Made by a program: the position numbers and the translations under genes
Notes under the pieces: model-generated
Told to the model about the DNA's origin: nothing
Database searches by the model: none
Seen by the model: only the letters and a program-made list of their open reading frames with translations
Origin: Azolla caroliniana
Taxonomy: Eukaryota > Plantae > Polypodiophyta
Assembly: GCA_043228905.1 (NCBI GenBank)
Contig: JBHGNT010000941.1
Span: 1-13,585 of the forward strand
DNA: 13,585 nucleotides
Direction: 5' to 3'
Shown here: piece after piece, positions 11,677 through 13,585 of the stretch
Numbering within the stretch: the first letter of the stretch is position 1
Layout: each line of letters begins with the position of its first letter

Positions 11677-12164
11677 AGTCATTAGCTCGTTTTCGAGGAG
11701 GCTCTTGTATATATACCCTTTGTATGAGCTTGGTGAATTAGCACAAGGTTTTGCACGACTGAATGCAGTTTATGATTGGACATATATGCTTGCAAAACCA
11801 GAGTGTAAGGTAGAATTTGATGACGAAGGAAAGGTTTGTGGTGTCACATCGGATGGAGAGACGGCGAGGACAAAGAAGGTTGTAGGTGATCCATCATATC
11901 TTCCAAACAAGGTGAAAAAGCTAGGCAGGAAATCTGACATGAATTAGTCTTTTGGGACCCGTGGATGAAATTTTCTTCGATACCTATGATACATTTGTAC
12001 CAGTCAATGAACCTTCATTGGATCAATGCTATATATCCAATAGCTAGGATGCAACCACCCATTTTGAGACCACTGTGGAAGATGTTTTGGCAATGTATAC
12101 AGCTATCACTGGAAAGGTTTTGGATTTGTCTCTGGATGTAAGTGCAGCTATTGCAGCTGATGAG
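11677..12164 (+). pseudogene. GDI: Processed Rab GDI fragment (C-terminal half, with internal deletions)
   Basis: SLARFRGGS/YIYPLYELGELAQGFARL.AVY..TYML.KPECKVEFD...DPSYLPNKVKK|LGRKSDM|LLGPVDEIFFDTYD...S*DATTHFETTVEDVLAMY..ITGK.LDLS.D.SAA.AADE. No introns, stop at 12045, and frameshifts. Confidence 0.93.
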
Positions 12165-12308
12165 TATTTCTTTTTGCCATCTCTCTTTATAGGAGACATA
12201 CAGTTCATTACAGAGCCAAATTGCAATTTTTTTTTTTCTACATATGTTAAGACCAGACAGATTTTCTGGTGTCTTGCATAGGGTTTGCCAAGGACAATGA
12301 TCATGATT

Positions 12309-12490
12309 AGGAATGATTATTATGGTGGAGAGTCAACATCTCTCAATCTTACACAGTTGTGGTCCACAGTGACAAGCCTCCTATGTTTAAAGTCGTTGAT
12401 GGGAGCTATGTTTTTAATAAAGGGAAGAATCACAAGGTTCCTGCAACAGATGTAGTAGCATTGAAGTCTCCCCTCATGGGTCTATTTGAG
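12309..12490 (+). pseudogene. GDI: Processed Rab GDI fragment (N-terminal part, with internal deletions)
   Basis: [18 protein letters not shown] (12309-12362), then after a frameshift SDKPP|[36 protein letters not shown]. Confidence 0.9.
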
Positions 12491-12535
12491 TTTGACTTGG
12501 GAGATGCAAGTTATTTAAGATATATGGGACTGCAA
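12491..12535 (+). pseudogene. SBE2: Second, more C-terminal SBE fragment
   Basis: [15 protein letters not shown] resembles the SBE2 motif FDLGDA(D/E)YLRY.G(L/M)Q and is fused in frame to GDI ...MGLFE. Confidence 0.75.
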
Positions 12536-12570
12536 GTAGCTGGAATGTGGCTACAGAATAACTTTCAGAT

Positions 12571-13585
12571 TAGTTGACTAGTTTTCTCTACTTTGGAGTA
12601 CATAGATTGCTTTCCTCAAACCATCATCTTATAAAGATGAGTTGGGAAAAATATTTTGTATGTTGTTGTTATGACTTTTCTAAAAACTAATGGAAGGATA
12701 TGTTCTTTTGAAAAAAAAAAAAAAAGAAGTTCCAAAGGCTCCTTTTACATGAGAGCTTTTGCCCTTTTATACAAGTTGCAAACTCTAAAGGGTCCCTGTC
12801 CCATCACAAGTCAAGTCCATTGGGCATCACCTCTTCTACCTAATATACGATAGTTGACTAGTTTTCTCTACTTTGGAGTACATAGATTGCTTTCCTCAAA
12901 CCATCATCTTATAAAGATGAGTTGGGAAAAATATTTTGTATGTTGTTGTTATGACTTTTCTAAAAACTAATGGAAGGATATGTTCTTTTGAAAAAAAAAA
13001 AAGAAGAAGTTCCAAAGGCTCCTTTTACATGAGAGCTTTTGCCCTTTTATACAAGTTGCAAACTCTAAAGGGTCCCTGTCCCATCACAAGTCAAGTCCAT
13101 TGGGCATCACCTCTTCTACCTAATATACGATAGTTGACTAGTTTTCTCTACTTTGGAGTACATAGATTGCTTTCCTCAAACCATCATCTTATAAAGATGA
13201 GTTGGGAAAAATATTTTGTATGTTGTTGTTATGACTTTTCTAAAAACTAATGGAAGGATATGTTCTTTTGAAAAAAAAAAAAGAAGAAGTTCCAAAGGCT
13301 CCTTTTACATGAGAGCTTTTGCCCTTTTATACAAGTTGCAAACTCTAAAGGGTCCCTGTCCCATCACAAGTCAAGTCCATTGGGCATCACCTCTTCTACC
13401 TAATATACGATAGTTGACTAGTTTTCTCTACTTTGGAGTACATAGATTGCTTTCCTCAAACCATCATCTTATAAAGATGAGTTGGGAAAAATATTTTGTA
13501 TGTTGTTGTTATGACTTTTCTAAAAACTAATGGAAGGATATGTTCTTTTGAAAAAAAAAAAAGAAGAAGTTCCAAAGGCTCCTTT
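12571..13585 (+). repeat. 280-bp tandem array (3 full copies plus 175 bp, truncated by the window edge)
   Basis: Units start at 12571, 12851, 13131 and 13411. They are identical except A12723 in unit 1 versus G in the later units. Confidence 0.98.

Larger units (their letters stand above)
10091..12739 (+). mobile_element. Candidate retroposed chimeric transcript (poly(A) plus degenerate target-site duplication)
   Basis: AAAAGGTCCAAAGGC (10091-10105) matches AGAAGTTCCAAAGGC (12725-12739) at 13/15, directly after the A15 at 12711-12725. The interior consists mostly of intronless sense-strand gene fragments. Confidence 0.5.

Noticed and set aside
10617-12047. In-frame stops repaired by U-to-C editing, given the nearby PPR genes
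   Set aside because: The stops replace Tyr, Gly or hydrophobic codons rather than CAA/CAG/CGA, frameshifts are also present, and such editing is organellar.
12656-13413. Three repeated 65-aa ORFs
   Set aside because: They start at TTG, the lysine run comes from the A-tract, and they are a by-product of the tandem repeat.
12571-13585. CRISPR array or Helitron 3' end (CTAG plus hairpin)
   Set aside because: There are no unique spacers and the context is eukaryotic. The hairpin is AT-rich and ~40 bp from CTAG, unlike a Helitron terminus.

Overview
AT-rich plant nuclear DNA. The PPR motif style looks fern-like, which is my inference only. The left half holds a divergent pair of PLS-class PPR genes with E domains and no DYW domain: a frameshifted, decaying copy on the minus strand (2140-3851) and an intact copy on the plus strand (5718-7748, probably with an upstream exon). 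The right half (~10.1-12.7 kb) is a same-strand mosaic of decayed gene fragments. An intronless starch branching enzyme (SBE2-like) segment carries a 318-bp tandem duplication and is interrupted by an intronless Rab GDI copy whose halves are circularly permuted. The GDI copy is itself interrupted by a NAT10/Kre33-like exon with its splice acceptor. The mosaic ends in a 3'UTR-like tract plus A15 and is bracketed by a candidate 13-15 bp target-site duplication, suggesting one retroposed chimeric RNA. Its 3' junction is amplified as a near-perfect 280-bp tandem array running off the window. All protein identifications come from manual translation and recalled family sequences; no search was run.
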